Shown here: piece after piece, positions 15,702 through 25,066 of the stretch
Layout of the letters: every line of letters starts with the position of its first letter
How positions within the stretch are numbered: position 1 is the stretch's first letter
Virus record (IMG/VR): IMGVR_UViG_3300048575_000475
Coordinates: 1-40,861 of that record
From: a virus
Taxonomy: Duplodnaviria > Caudoviricetes
Strand: one strand, 5' to 3'
Length of the DNA: 40,861 nt
Notes under the pieces: model-generated
Told to the model about the DNA's origin: nothing
The model's input: the letters and a program-made list of their open reading frames with translations, nothing else
Database searches by the model: none
Translations under genes and position numbers: made by a program

Positions 15702-16738
15702 CCGGCAACTGCATCAACTGCGGCGGCCTGGTCCTCGGTGGCATGCGGGCCCGCTGCGTCGCCTGCGAACTGGACGCCGGCCTGGTGCTCGCTGTCAACG
15801 GCCAGGCCAACTGCCGCAACCTCGCCACCAAGTCCATGTCATGGCGCCCTGCCGAGCGGCGCTTAGTGATCATCCGCATCGAGGAGCCTGTCGCCATGCC
15901 TGAAATCCAAGCCTGCCCCATCTGCAAGCGGCCGCAGGGTCAGCCGCACGACGAAGCGTTCTGCACCCCGGAGCGCCGGGCCAATGCCGAGCGGGACCGT
16001 CTGGCGATCGACCCGCCGAAGCCGATGGCTGTGCGTTCAGGCCCGCCCCCGTCCCTCGCTCCAACCGAGGCCGTATCCCGTCTGTTCCGAAAGGAGACCC
16101 CCATGCCCACCCTCGCCGAAGCCACCGCCGCCCTGGGCCTGCCTGCACCGTCGACGGGTGCACCGGTCAGCGTCGAGCACCCGATCGCTACGGCCGACTG
16201 CGGCCACTGTGGCACCAAGCCGATCGGCTTCTTCACGCTCAAGCTGGACGGGAACCCGGGCAAATACTGCGACGCCCACCGCTCGCCCAAGTCCCGGCTG
16301 ACGCCTGCCGTGTACAAACCCGCCGATTCCGTGAACGAGACGCCGATCGGCACGGTGGCCGCCGACGACCAGGTCGACGTCGAGCAGCTGCTCGCCCGGG
16401 TGGGTGACGACGATGAGGACCTCGCCGGCGACGACCATGTGTCACATGAGACTGCTGTGATTGCGGCTCCCGTCATCCCCGACGCCCCCAGTCAGCTGCG
16501 CACCTCCGGGCCGAACGGGGATGCGCCTTTGAGCCCGGATCGCCCCCAGTCAGCTGCGCACCTCCGGGCCGAACGGGAGCGCCTGACCGCCTACCTGCAG
16601 GACCTCGATCGGCGCATCGAGGAGGCCGAGGTCTTCGAGGTGCTCGCCGGCAAGACGCCGGCCGAGCTGCAGCAGCTGCTGGACGATGCCCGCCGCCAGG
16701 CCCGGCTCTGCGAGATCGCCCTGCAGGGGGTGGCTTGA
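15698..16738 (+). CDS. Cys-rich hypothetical protein with in-frame internal starts at 15896 and 16103
   Basis: GTGA coupling; GAGGAG and AAGGAG RBS before internal ATGs. Confidence 0.6.
   Translation: MTGNCINCGGLVLGGMRARCVACELDAGLVLAVNGQANCRNLATKSMSWRPAERRLVIIRIEEPVAMPEIQACPICKRPQGQPHDEAFCTPERRANAERDRLAIDPPKPMAVRSGPPPSLAPTEAVSRLFRKETPMPTLAEATAALGLPAPSTGAPVSVEHPIATADCGHCGTKPIGFFTLKLDGNPGKYCDAHRSPKSRLTPAVYKPADSVNETPIGTVAADDQVDVEQLLARVGDDDEDLAGDDHVSHETAVIAAPVIPDAPSQLRTSGPNGDAPLSPDRPQSAAHLRAERERLTAYLQDLDRRIEEAEVFEVLAGKTPAELQQLLDDARRQARLCEIALQGVA
16483..16577 (+). repeat. Exact 37-bp direct repeat (16483-16519, 16541-16577)
   Basis: CGCCCCCAGTCAGCTGCGCACCTCCGGGCCGAACGGG twice, offset 58 nt. Confidence 0.95.
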
Positions 16739-16836
16739 TGACGGCGAAGCGGCAGCCGATGACGAAGCTCCGTCATTTCGAGGCCCCCGGCCCCTATGGT
16801 CGCGCCCCGTGGTTTATCGGCAAGGGGGCGGCATGA
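16738..16836 (+). CDS. 32-aa peptide MTAKRQPMTKLRHFEAPGPYGRAPWFIGKGAA
   Basis: Manual; coupled at both ends (TGATG, ATGA). Confidence 0.5.
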   Translation: MTAKRQPMTKLRHFEAPGPYGRAPWFIGKGAA

Positions 16837-17699
16837 CGGTCGTTAAGCACCCCGCCAAGTACCCCGAGGCTGTCCTGCAGGCGGCGGCCAGGTACATCGA
16901 TATCGTCGACGGCACCGCCCTGCAGGACGGTGTGCTCCGGATCATCGACCCCTTCGCCGGCACGGGCCGGGTGGGTTGGTTGAAGCGCTACATCAGCCAC
17001 CCGACCCGCATCATCGCCAACGAGATTGAACGGGAGTGGGCGGCCGAAGGCATCCTCAACGGCTGCGACCAGGTCATCGTCGGTGATGCCCGGGCCATAC
17101 CGTTTGACGTTCTGAACGGTGCCGACGTGGCGTTCTTTTCGGTGGCCTACGGCAACCGGCTCGCCGATGCCGCCAACTGGGCCCCAGGCCGCAAGCATCG
17201 GACGTACACCTCGGCCCTGCGGGAGACGGTCGGCGATCCGGAGCGCTGGCTGCAGGATGGCAACGCCGGCGCAATGCAGTGGGGCGACGAGCGCTACTGC
17301 GACCTGCATCGGGTGGTATACGGCAGGCTCGGCCACACCAATGGCCTGCAGGGGCGCCATATCATCCGCCCCAACGGCCGACTGGTCCTGTCGATCGCCG
17401 ACCACTATCGGGACGGCGTGCTCCAGGGCGTCCCCGAGTGGCATGTCGCTGCCTTACTCGCTGCCGGCTTCCGTCTCCTGGACTGGGTCGAGGTCGAGAC
17501 GCCTCGATACGGGTTCGGGGCCAACGCCGACAAGCGGGCCCCCGAGATGGTGATCCTGTTCGATCGGCCAGCCCCATCATGCCCTTCCCCGGCCTGGTCG
17601 TTCACGCCGACCGATCGCCGCCCGGGCCACCTGTGGGACGTGATGCCCGAGGCGCCTCAGCCGGTGCAGCTCTCGCTGCTCGCTGGAGGTGCGCCGTGA
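16833..17699 (+). CDS. N6/N4 DNA methyltransferase-like protein
   Basis: KHPAKYP, IIDPFAGTG (motif I), NEIE, GDAR, atypical motif IV FSVAYGN. Confidence 0.8.
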   Translation: MTVVKHPAKYPEAVLQAAARYIDIVDGTALQDGVLRIIDPFAGTGRVGWLKRYISHPTRIIANEIEREWAAEGILNGCDQVIVGDARAIPFDVLNGADVAFFSVAYGNRLADAANWAPGRKHRTYTSALRETVGDPERWLQDGNAGAMQWGDERYCDLHRVVYGRLGHTNGLQGRHIIRPNGRLVLSIADHYRDGVLQGVPEWHVAALLAAGFRLLDWVEVETPRYGFGANADKRAPEMVILFDRPAPSCPSPAWSFTPTDRRPGHLWDVMPEAPQPVQLSLLAGGAP

Positions 17700-18157
17700 G
17701 CCAGCAGCTGCAGATCCTCCCCGACTACGAGCTCGCCCACGCCCGGGGCAAGCTCCCCCGCCAGCTCTACAAGGTCGGCGACCTGGTGCTCTGCTGGAGC
17801 CAGACATACGCCTACGCCGGCACCGTCGAGAGCTACGGTTGGGAGAGGGTCGCCGGTGGCACCTGGCCGATGTACCGGGTCCGGATCGCACCCCATTGCG
17901 CCCCGCTCTATACGCCTGATCGGATGCTGCGTTGCCTGTCGGACAGCAACCTTGACCACGGCAGCTACGAAGTGAGCAAGGTCCTGATTTCGCCGGCCCA
18001 CCCGCAGGGCGAGATCCTCTGTTTCGGTCACCTCGACCAGGCCGGCGGCTGGGACTTGGAACGCCGGCCGGATCACAAGGTGCTGAGCCACATGCCACGG
18101 GTCGACGTCCCCGCTCTTCGGTGCGAGCGGTGCCGGGCCGAAAGGCGGTCGGCATGA
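17696..18157 (+). CDS. Hypothetical protein
   Basis: GGAGG RBS, GTGA coupling. Confidence 0.65.
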   Translation: MSQQLQILPDYELAHARGKLPRQLYKVGDLVLCWSQTYAYAGTVESYGWERVAGGTWPMYRVRIAPHCAPLYTPDRMLRCLSDSNLDHGSYEVSKVLISPAHPQGEILCFGHLDQAGGWDLERRPDHKVLSHMPRVDVPALRCERCRAERRSA

Positions 18158-18399
18158 CCCAGCTCGCCCTCGCCCTCCCTGCGGCCCCTACCTGCAGGGC
18201 CTGCGGTCATGGCCTCAAGCGCTCCACGCCTGATGGCCTCGGCCCCGTCTGCCGCAAGCGGGCCAGCGTCATCCAGGCGGCGATCGCCAAGGCCCACGCC
18301 GATGGGGTCGGGTTCTGGGCGGTCCTGGCGGCGATCGGGCCCCCTCCCCGGGGCTCACCGCCGAAGCCGCACCCCCGCCAGATACCCCTGTTCGACTGA
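18154..18399 (+). CDS. DUF6011-like zinc-finger protein
   Basis: CRACGHGL...GLGPVC. Confidence 0.7.
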   Translation: MTQLALALPAAPTCRACGHGLKRSTPDGLGPVCRKRASVIQAAIAKAHADGVGFWAVLAAIGPPPRGSPPKPHPRQIPLFD

Positions 18400-18413
18400 A
18401 AGCGAGACACGAC

Positions 18414-18641
18414 ATGCGCAACATCTCCCTCCCCCTCACCGCAGCCCTGGCTGTCTTTGCCGGTCTCCCGGCCCCGGCACCGCAGCCAGACTGGGCCGCC
18501 ATCTCCGAGGCCAAGCAAGCGGAGGCCGATCGCTTCTATGGCCGCGGCCACAGCGAAGGCCGCAGACCCCTGGGGCACGGCGTCGACAAGCGCCGGGCGA
18601 AGCGCAAGGCAGCCCGGAAGGCTCGGAAGGCGGCCCGCTGA
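18414..18641 (+). CDS. Small protein with hydrophobic N-terminus and basic tail
   Basis: ORF in operon; KRRAKRKAARKARKAAR. Confidence 0.55.
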   Translation: MRNISLPLTAALAVFAGLPAPAPQPDWAAISEAKQAEADRFYGRGHSEGRRPLGHGVDKRRAKRKAARKARKAAR

Positions 18642-18976
18642 TGATTGCCGTCGTCCCCATGACATGCACCATCTGCGCCGGCACCGTTTGGTGTTTCCCC
18701 GACACCACCGACCCTGTCTGCTCGCACCACTCCGACCTGGCGATCGGACAGGTCACCGTTGAGGGCGATCTCACGCCCGGGGGCCAAGCCATCATCGAGC
18801 AGCTCCAACCTGAGGCGCTGCCCGCCTGCCCTGGATGCGGCTGCAAGCCATGGTGGAGCGAGGAGTGGAATTGCTGGGCCAGCGTCCACCCGGGCGGCTG
18901 CGGCTGGAGCTACGACGGCGAGACCTGGACCCAGGGGCCCGACGACCAGTACGAGGACCTCGACGATGACCCCTGA
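18641..18976 (+). CDS. Cys/Trp-rich hypothetical protein
   Basis: CTIC, CPGC; coupled. Confidence 0.6.
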   Translation: MIAVVPMTCTICAGTVWCFPDTTDPVCSHHSDLAIGQVTVEGDLTPGGQAIIEQLQPEALPACPGCGCKPWWSEEWNCWASVHPGGCGWSYDGETWTQGPDDQYEDLDDDP

Positions 18977-19184
18977 CGAGATCCAGGTCGGCCAGGTCCT
19001 GCAGGGCAAGGGCGCCGACGCCGACAAGCAGCGCCTGGTGACGGCGATCGACGCCAAGCGCCGGGAGGCCGTGACCACCGTCTACCGCAACGGGACGCTC
19101 ATCGCCGAGGGCAGCGTCATCGGCTTGCACACCCTGGCCCGATGGGCCGACCGCGACATCACACCAGCCAAGGAGACCAACTGA
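18966..19184 (+). CDS. Small hypothetical protein
   Basis: GAGGA RBS; coupled downstream. Confidence 0.6.
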   Translation: MTPDEIQVGQVLQGKGADADKQRLVTAIDAKRREAVTTVYRNGTLIAEGSVIGLHTLARWADRDITPAKETN

Positions 19185-19438
19185 TGCCTGATCAGATCCT
19201 CGTCCGCACCGAGTGCGGCGTTGACGTCCTGGAGAACCAAGCGATCGTCCTGTCCCTCTGCACCACGCACCACGTTCGGGACGAGCTGCTCAGCCCCGCC
19301 ACCTTCGGCCCCCTGGCCAAGAGCGGGGAGGGCGCCCGCCTGAGCGGAGCACTGCCGCTCGATGTGGCGATCGGCCTGTTCGAGAAGCTTGGCAAGGCCA
19401 TTCAGGAGCTGCTCCGCCGGCAGACTGGTGGCCGCTGA
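19184..19438 (+). CDS. Small hypothetical protein
   Basis: AAGGAG RBS, TGATG coupling. Confidence 0.65.
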   Translation: MPDQILVRTECGVDVLENQAIVLSLCTTHHVRDELLSPATFGPLAKSGEGARLSGALPLDVAIGLFEKLGKAIQELLRRQTGGR

Positions 19439-19812
19439 TGCGCTGCCCTGACTGCAAGATGCACCTCACATACGGCCGCTGCGATCGGTGCCGCCCCACC
19501 GCCGTCGCCCAGCGGGTACCCACCACCGGCCTGGTCGACACCCACCAGGTGGACGAGTCCGGACCCGCCGCCGGCGAAACTAGTCCACCGGTCAAATGGG
19601 CCGAGTGCCGGAGCTGTGGCTGCCCCGTCTCGAAAATCGAGCCCCTCTGCCGGTGCGACCTGAAGGCGGAGGTCGCCCGCCTCGGCCAGCTCCTGGTGCT
19701 GGCCCACGACGAGCTGGAGCGGGTCATCAGCGGCGAGACCTGCTGGTGCTCCGAGTGCGCCCCGTATCGGGCGGCGATCGCGGCGCAGCCGTCATCCGAG
19801 CCCAGTCCTTAA
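19438..19812 (+). CDS. Cys-rich hypothetical protein
   Basis: Four CxxC-type motifs; coupled. Confidence 0.65.
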   Translation: MRCPDCKMHLTYGRCDRCRPTAVAQRVPTTGLVDTHQVDESGPAAGETSPPVKWAECRSCGCPVSKIEPLCRCDLKAEVARLGQLLVLAHDELERVISGETCWCSECAPYRAAIAAQPSSEPSP

Positions 19813-19877
19813 CCTCTTAACCTTTGGTCACTGACTTGATTACAGCGATTTTCGGGAATTTTGGCGGCGGAAACGAC

Positions 19878-20210
19878 GTGACAGAGCCGGTTCCAGTCCC
19901 GGTATCAAATACGACGCCGACAATAGGCGATATTTCGGTCATTCTGCCTATCGTCCAGGATCAGCCATTGGTGGACAAAGTTCGGGCCCTGCTCAAGGCG
20001 TTGCCCGACCACCAACGGCTGGTCCTTTTGCGTGAGCACCTCCACGAGCTCGCCGCTCCCCTCGAATGCACGACGTGCGTCGAGCCCATCAAGCAGCGGT
20101 ATCGCAAGCAGCTCAAGAGCGAGGTCGTAAGGCGATACCGGTCCTGCGATTCCGGCTGCCACAAAGACACGGCCATCCTCGTAGCGGAGTGTGACAATGC
20201 GGCTGATTGA
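19878..20210 (+). CDS. Hypothetical protein with C-terminal zinc ribbon
   Basis: CTTC...CDSGC; follows an AT-richer gap at 19810-19877. Confidence 0.55.
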   Translation: MTEPVPVPVSNTTPTIGDISVILPIVQDQPLVDKVRALLKALPDHQRLVLLREHLHELAAPLECTTCVEPIKQRYRKQLKSEVVRRYRSCDSGCHKDTAILVAECDNAAD

Positions 20211-20709
20211 TGTCCTCTGGAACTACCGGGCCCTGGCGGCCAGGGTCCCCCTCTCCCAATGGCGCTTCCCCTCTGTCGAGGGCGAGGTCGAGTCCCGGAC
20301 GTGCTGCTACTGCCGGCCCGGACCGGGGCGGGTTCGGGCGAAGGCCTGCACGCACCGCGATCCTGACATGGTGCCGGAGGGTACGACCTTCCTGGCCACC
20401 TACCGCCAGGAGCGCCTCGACGATCCCCTGGCGATCGTCGCCCTGAAAGCGGACATCGACCGGCTGATTGATGCCCTGCCCGGCAAGGCCCGAGACATGT
20501 TCCACCTGATGTACCGCTGCCCCAAGCCGCTCCGGCGGGGTGAGCCCGAGCCTGATGGCGATCGGCGTCTCGATGCCGTGCGCCGGATGCTCCACATCGC
20601 CAGCTGGAGGGTAGCGACCGCCAGCCATGCCAAGCACCTGGCGGAGATGGAGCGGGCCCTGTCCGATTGGTTCCCTGCCGTCCGCCGTCGCGGTGTGTCG
20701 GCTGCATGA
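20197..20709 (+). CDS. Putative late-gene regulator (sigma70-r4/RinA-like)
   Basis: DIDRLIDALPGKARDMFHLMY; position just before terS. Confidence 0.5.
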   Translation: MRLIDVLWNYRALAARVPLSQWRFPSVEGEVESRTCCYCRPGPGRVRAKACTHRDPDMVPEGTTFLATYRQERLDDPLAIVALKADIDRLIDALPGKARDMFHLMYRCPKPLRRGEPEPDGDRRLDAVRRMLHIASWRVATASHAKHLAEMERALSDWFPAVRRRGVSAA

Positions 20710-20800
20710 AGGGCGGCCGACGGTTGCCCCGCAAGCCCGAGGGCTACCCCGGGCGACGGCCCGCACCGAAACGGAAGAAACGAAGGGCTGATGACCATGT

Positions 20801-21361
20801 ATGGCGTCCCAAAAGCTCACCCCGAAGCAGGCGGCGTTTGTCCGCGAATACCTGATCGACCGCAACGCCACCCAGGCAGCGATCCGGGCCGGGTACTCAC
20901 TTAGGACCGCTAAGAGCACCGGCTATGAGCTGCTGACCTACTGCGAGCCCGTGAAGCGGGCGATCGCCGAAGCCGAGGGCCGCATCGCTGAGGCCGCTGG
21001 CGTCACTGCTGTCCGGGTCCTCGAGGAGTTGGCGGCCATCGCGTTCGCCGACCTAAGCCAGTTTGCCGAATGGGGCGGCGTCGTCCCCGAAAAGGTCGAC
21101 GGCAAGATCGTCAAGAAACCACGCCCGGGCAAACTTCACGACAGCCGGAAGCTCAACACCAGGGCCGTCGCTGAGGTCAAGATCGACCCGAACGGCACCA
21201 CCACGATCAAGCTGACCAAGAAACTGCCTGCCTTGCGGATGCTGGGCGAACACTTCCGCCTCTTCGACAAGCCGGATCCGACCAAGGCAACACGGAAGGA
21301 CGATTCGGACTTCGACGGCACGCTTTGGGATGGCGACGACGACGATGACGACGAAGAGTGA
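20801..21361 (+). CDS. terS: Terminase small subunit
   Basis: LTPKQAAFVREYLIDRNATQAAIRAGYS; IAFAD. Confidence 0.95.
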   Translation: MASQKLTPKQAAFVREYLIDRNATQAAIRAGYSLRTAKSTGYELLTYCEPVKRAIAEAEGRIAEAAGVTAVRVLEELAAIAFADLSQFAEWGGVVPEKVDGKIVKKPRPGKLHDSRKLNTRAVAEVKIDPNGTTTIKLTKKLPALRMLGEHFRLFDKPDPTKATRKDDSDFDGTLWDGDDDDDDEE

Positions 21362-22799
21362 GACCCGGCTGGCCAAGGCCCAGGCGTTCGCCCGGCGGTT
21401 CGCCCGGAAGATCGCCAAGATCGCCGAGCGGTTCTACCAGGTCGAGATCGCCGCCCTGATCTTTCGCTCGGTGATGCTGCGCCTCGGCCAGACGATCACG
21501 ATCCTGATCAGCCGGCAGGGCGGCAAGAACGAGACACTGATCAGCTGGGTGATCCTCCCACTGGCCATGCTCTGCCCGGGCATCAAGATCGGGGTGTACG
21601 CCCCGACATACTCCCAAGCGACCGACGTCACCATGCGCCGGCTCAAGGCACGGCTGAAGCATCGCAAGTTCGCCGATCGCCTGTTGACCAGCAACGACAA
21701 GCTGGTCCAGTTCGTGCTGCCGCCCAAGGCCCGTGGCCCGTTCGCCCACCGCGGCGAGGGGTCGCTGATCGGCGTCTTCAGCCACGACAAGGATTCGAAG
21801 AAGGAAGGCTTCACCTGGGACGTGATCGTCGTCGACGAAGCCCAGGACCTGGACCGGGAGGTGTGGGAAGTCGAGATCGAGCCGATGGGCGCCTCGACCA
21901 ATGCGACCTGCGTCTTCATCGGCACACCCTGGTCGATCGACTGCGTCTTCTACGACAAGATTGATGCGGCGAAGGCAGCCAGCACACACCGGGAGTTCGA
22001 CTGGCGGGCGGTGGCGAGCTGCTCGGTCGAGTATGCCGCCTTCATCGCCAAGAAGATCGCCGACCTGGGCGAGGACAGCATCGCCTTCCTCACCCAGTAC
22101 GCCCTGCAATGGGTGAGCGGCGTTGGCAAGTTCTTCGATCCGGACATCTTCGAGGCCCTGGCGGCGATGGATGCCGTCTGGCTCGATCGGCCCCAGCCGG
22201 GCCGGGAGTATGCCGGAGGCCTCGACGTCGCCGGCGACGACCCGAACAACACCGGCAAGTCGGATTACACCGTCCTGGCGATCGTCGAGGTGGACCGCTC
22301 CCAGGTCCGCACCGCCGACGATCCGCCGCACACCCGCCTGGTCTGTTACGTCGAGTGGCGGGGCAAGGACTGGGAGCAGCAGTACCGGGACATGGTCGCC
22401 CTGCTGAACCTGTGGCGGCCGATCAAGACCGACATCGATGCCACCGGCATGGGCGACAGCTTCTCTGACCGGATTGAGAAAGCCGGCTTCAACGTCGAGA
22501 AGTTCAAGTTCACCGAGCAGTCGAAGAGCGACCTCGGCCACTACGCCGACCAGGAGGTCGCTGCCCGACGGGCGACCTACGCCGGCACTACCAAGACGCC
22601 CGAGCAGGCCGAGAAGCTCAAAGGCTTCAAGCAGCAGGCCAAGGCGCTGATCCGGCAGAACCGGAAGGGCAAGAAGATCGCCTGGTTCGTCCCTGAGGCA
22701 AAGGGCCACGACGACCGCATGGCCGCCTGGTTCCTCTCGATCCGGGCCGCCAACACCCAGTCCGCCGCCAGCACGTTGGCGGCAATGACCCGCATGTGA
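21345..22799 (+). CDS. terL: Terminase large subunit
   Basis: SRQGGKNE Walker A, VIVVDEAQ Walker B, GTP, GLDVAG, IDATGMG, HDD. Confidence 0.93.
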   Translation: MTTKSETRLAKAQAFARRFARKIAKIAERFYQVEIAALIFRSVMLRLGQTITILISRQGGKNETLISWVILPLAMLCPGIKIGVYAPTYSQATDVTMRRLKARLKHRKFADRLLTSNDKLVQFVLPPKARGPFAHRGEGSLIGVFSHDKDSKKEGFTWDVIVVDEAQDLDREVWEVEIEPMGASTNATCVFIGTPWSIDCVFYDKIDAAKAASTHREFDWRAVASCSVEYAAFIAKKIADLGEDSIAFLTQYALQWVSGVGKFFDPDIFEALAAMDAVWLDRPQPGREYAGGLDVAGDDPNNTGKSDYTVLAIVEVDRSQVRTADDPPHTRLVCYVEWRGKDWEQQYRDMVALLNLWRPIKTDIDATGMGDSFSDRIEKAGFNVEKFKFTEQSKSDLGHYADQEVAARRATYAGTTKTPEQAEKLKGFKQQAKALIRQNRKGKKIAWFVPEAKGHDDRMAAWFLSIRAANTQSAASTLAAMTRM

Positions 22800-22807
22800 G
22801 GACCACG

Positions 22808-24220
22808 ATGGCCGGTTTCGGTTTCCAGACAGGCACTGCCGCACCGGTCCCCGCCGTCCGCAACGACGGCTGGATCAACGTCCTGACGGGCATGGGGATC
22901 GCCGGCCGTGATAAGCGGCTGGGCGGCAGCTTTGGCCAGGCGACGGTGCTTGACCGGGTCACGTTGGAGGAGCTCTACCGCGGCGATTCCATGGCGGCGA
23001 AGGTCGTCGACCTGCCCGCCGAGGAGATGACCCGGGAATGGATCGAGATCAAGGTCAGCGACGATCCAGAGCAGGCCGAGGAGATCGATGAGGCGCTGAA
23101 GAACCTGCACGCCCAGGAGCGGTTCCAGGAGGCGGAGAAGTGGGCCCGGCTGTATGGCGGGTCCGTGATCATCCTCGGCGTCGACGACGGCCAGGAGTTC
23201 AATCAACCGCTGAACCTCAAGCAGGTCCGATCGCTCAAGTTTCTGAACGTCCTGGACCGCTGGCAGATCACCCGGGCCCAGGTCTATGAGGACCCGACCC
23301 AGCCCAAGTACGGCCAGACGAAGACGTACCGGCTCAACCCCCTTCACGGCGGGCAGGACAACGGCAAGGAGATCCACGAGAGCCGCGTCCTGCGCTTCGA
23401 TGGCGTCATGCTGCCCGATCGCCTGATGATCCAGAACAACGGATGGGGCGACAGCGTCCTGAACCGCCTCTTCGATGCCATCCAGGGCTACGCCAACGCC
23501 CACGGCACGATCCCGACCATCCTGCAGGACTTCGTCCAGGCGGTGTACCGGATCAAGGGACTGGCCACGATGTTGGCCCAGGGCGATGACAAGGCGGTCG
23601 TCAACCGCCTGCAGCTGGTCGAGCTCACCCGGTCGATGTTCCGGGCGATCGTCCTCGATGAGGGTGAGGAATGGTCCCGCCAGACGACCACCGTTGCCGG
23701 CCTCCCCGACCTGGTCGACCGGACCGAGCGGCGCCTGGTCGCCGAAACCAGCATCCCCCACACGAAGCTGCTCGGCGAAAGCCCGGGTTCGTCGCTGGGT
23801 GAGGGCGGGGTCAGCGAGACAAAGGACTGGTACGACAGCGTCTCAGCCATGCAGGAAGCACGGCACCGTGAGCCGCTGACGTACCTGATCAGGGTCCTGC
23901 TGGCGGCCCGGCGATCCCTGACGCAAGGCACCGAGCCGGACCAGTGGTCCTTCACCTTCCGCAGCCTGTGGCAGATGGACGCCAAGGAAGATGCGGAGAT
24001 CCGCAACATCCAGTCCAAGACCGATGAGACCTACATCCGGAGCGGCGTGCTGATGGCCGACGAGGTTGCCGTCAGCCGGTTCGGCGGCGATGGCTGGTCG
24101 GCGGAGACGACCCTCGACATGGAGACCCGGGCGGCGGCAGAGGCGGCGGATCCGGCCGAGGACCTCGACGCCGATCCGCCGGCCGAGGATGACGGGAAGG
24201 ACCCGCCGACGGAGGCCTGA
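22808..24220 (+). CDS. Portal protein (DUF1073 type)
   Basis: DGWINVLTGMG, ARLYGG, IHESR, WGDSVL, IPHTKLLGESP. Confidence 0.9.
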   Translation: MAGFGFQTGTAAPVPAVRNDGWINVLTGMGIAGRDKRLGGSFGQATVLDRVTLEELYRGDSMAAKVVDLPAEEMTREWIEIKVSDDPEQAEEIDEALKNLHAQERFQEAEKWARLYGGSVIILGVDDGQEFNQPLNLKQVRSLKFLNVLDRWQITRAQVYEDPTQPKYGQTKTYRLNPLHGGQDNGKEIHESRVLRFDGVMLPDRLMIQNNGWGDSVLNRLFDAIQGYANAHGTIPTILQDFVQAVYRIKGLATMLAQGDDKAVVNRLQLVELTRSMFRAIVLDEGEEWSRQTTTVAGLPDLVDRTERRLVAETSIPHTKLLGESPGSSLGEGGVSETKDWYDSVSAMQEARHREPLTYLIRVLLAARRSLTQGTEPDQWSFTFRSLWQMDAKEDAEIRNIQSKTDETYIRSGVLMADEVAVSRFGGDGWSAETTLDMETRAAAEAADPAEDLDADPPAEDDGKDPPTEA

Positions 24221-25056
24221 TGGACGTCCGCAGCCAGATCCTGCTGCGCCGGCGGCAGATGAAGGCCTCCGGCAAGCGGGTACCCCGCAAGCTGGGGCGC
24301 CCGCCGAAGCAGGCCTTCCCCCGCGGCATCGAGCTGCAGTACGTGAAGGCCCTGCGACGGGAGGCGGCGGAGGTCAGGCGGATCATCCTCGAGGAGATCG
24401 ACCAGGCGCTGCCCACGCTGATCGCTACCGCTCAGCGGAGCCTGCCACGGACGGATGCCCTGTCCGATGACCTCGGCCGCATGACCAATCGGATGCGACG
24501 GCGCTGGGCCGAGCGGATCGGCAACATCCGGTCCCTGGCTGCAGCCATCCCGGCGCAGATCAGTGCCTTCAACGCCAATGCCTTCGCCGCCCAGATGAAG
24601 ACGGTGCTCGGCGTCGACGTCTTCCGGCATGAGCCGTGGCTGGTCGACGAGCTGGCGGACTGGACCAGGGCCAACGTCTCCCTGATCAGCGACATCGGCG
24701 ATAAGGCGATCGGCAACGTCGACCGCATCGTCACCGACAGCGTTCGCCGCGGCCGGCTGACCAAGGAGCTCGAGGCCAAGGTCCAGGCCGAGCTGGGGAT
24801 CGCCGACAAGCGGGCGGCCCTGATCGCCCGGGACCAGACCGGCAAGCTCAACGGCCGGCTGACCATGCTGCGGCAGCAGGACATGGGCATCCGGGAGTAC
24901 ATCTGGCGGGGCACGCTCGACGAGCGGGAGCGCCCCACCCACGTCGCCCTGGAAGGGCAGCGCCGGAAATGGTCCGAAGGGATCATCCCCGGCGAGGAAG
25001 TCCTGTGTCGGTGCACCGCTGAGCCGGTGCTCGACGAGTTCGCAGACCTGATGTGA
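24220..25056 (+). CDS. Minor head protein (Mu gpF/SPP1 gp7 family)
   Basis: RAALIARDQTGKLNG...YIW...DERERPTH...PGEEVLCRC. Confidence 0.93.
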   Translation: MDVRSQILLRRRQMKASGKRVPRKLGRPPKQAFPRGIELQYVKALRREAAEVRRIILEEIDQALPTLIATAQRSLPRTDALSDDLGRMTNRMRRRWAERIGNIRSLAAAIPAQISAFNANAFAAQMKTVLGVDVFRHEPWLVDELADWTRANVSLISDIGDKAIGNVDRIVTDSVRRGRLTKELEAKVQAELGIADKRAALIARDQTGKLNGRLTMLRQQDMGIREYIWRGTLDERERPTHVALEGQRRKWSEGIIPGEEVLCRCTAEPVLDEFADLM

Positions 25057-25066
25057 GGAGACCACG

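Noticed and set aside
16483-16577. 37-bp repeat as a mini-CRISPR or att core
   Set aside because: Only two copies 21 nt apart, inside a CDS and far from int; no leader
20706-20855. Short Arg/Lys-rich ORF before terS
   Set aside because: Overlaps terS by 55 nt and is low-complexity; cannot be supported
22808-24220. Portal as anti-CBASS Acb1, a label often given to DUF1073 proteins
   Set aside because: Position and motifs fit a portal; no 2H phosphoesterase HxT motif pair evident
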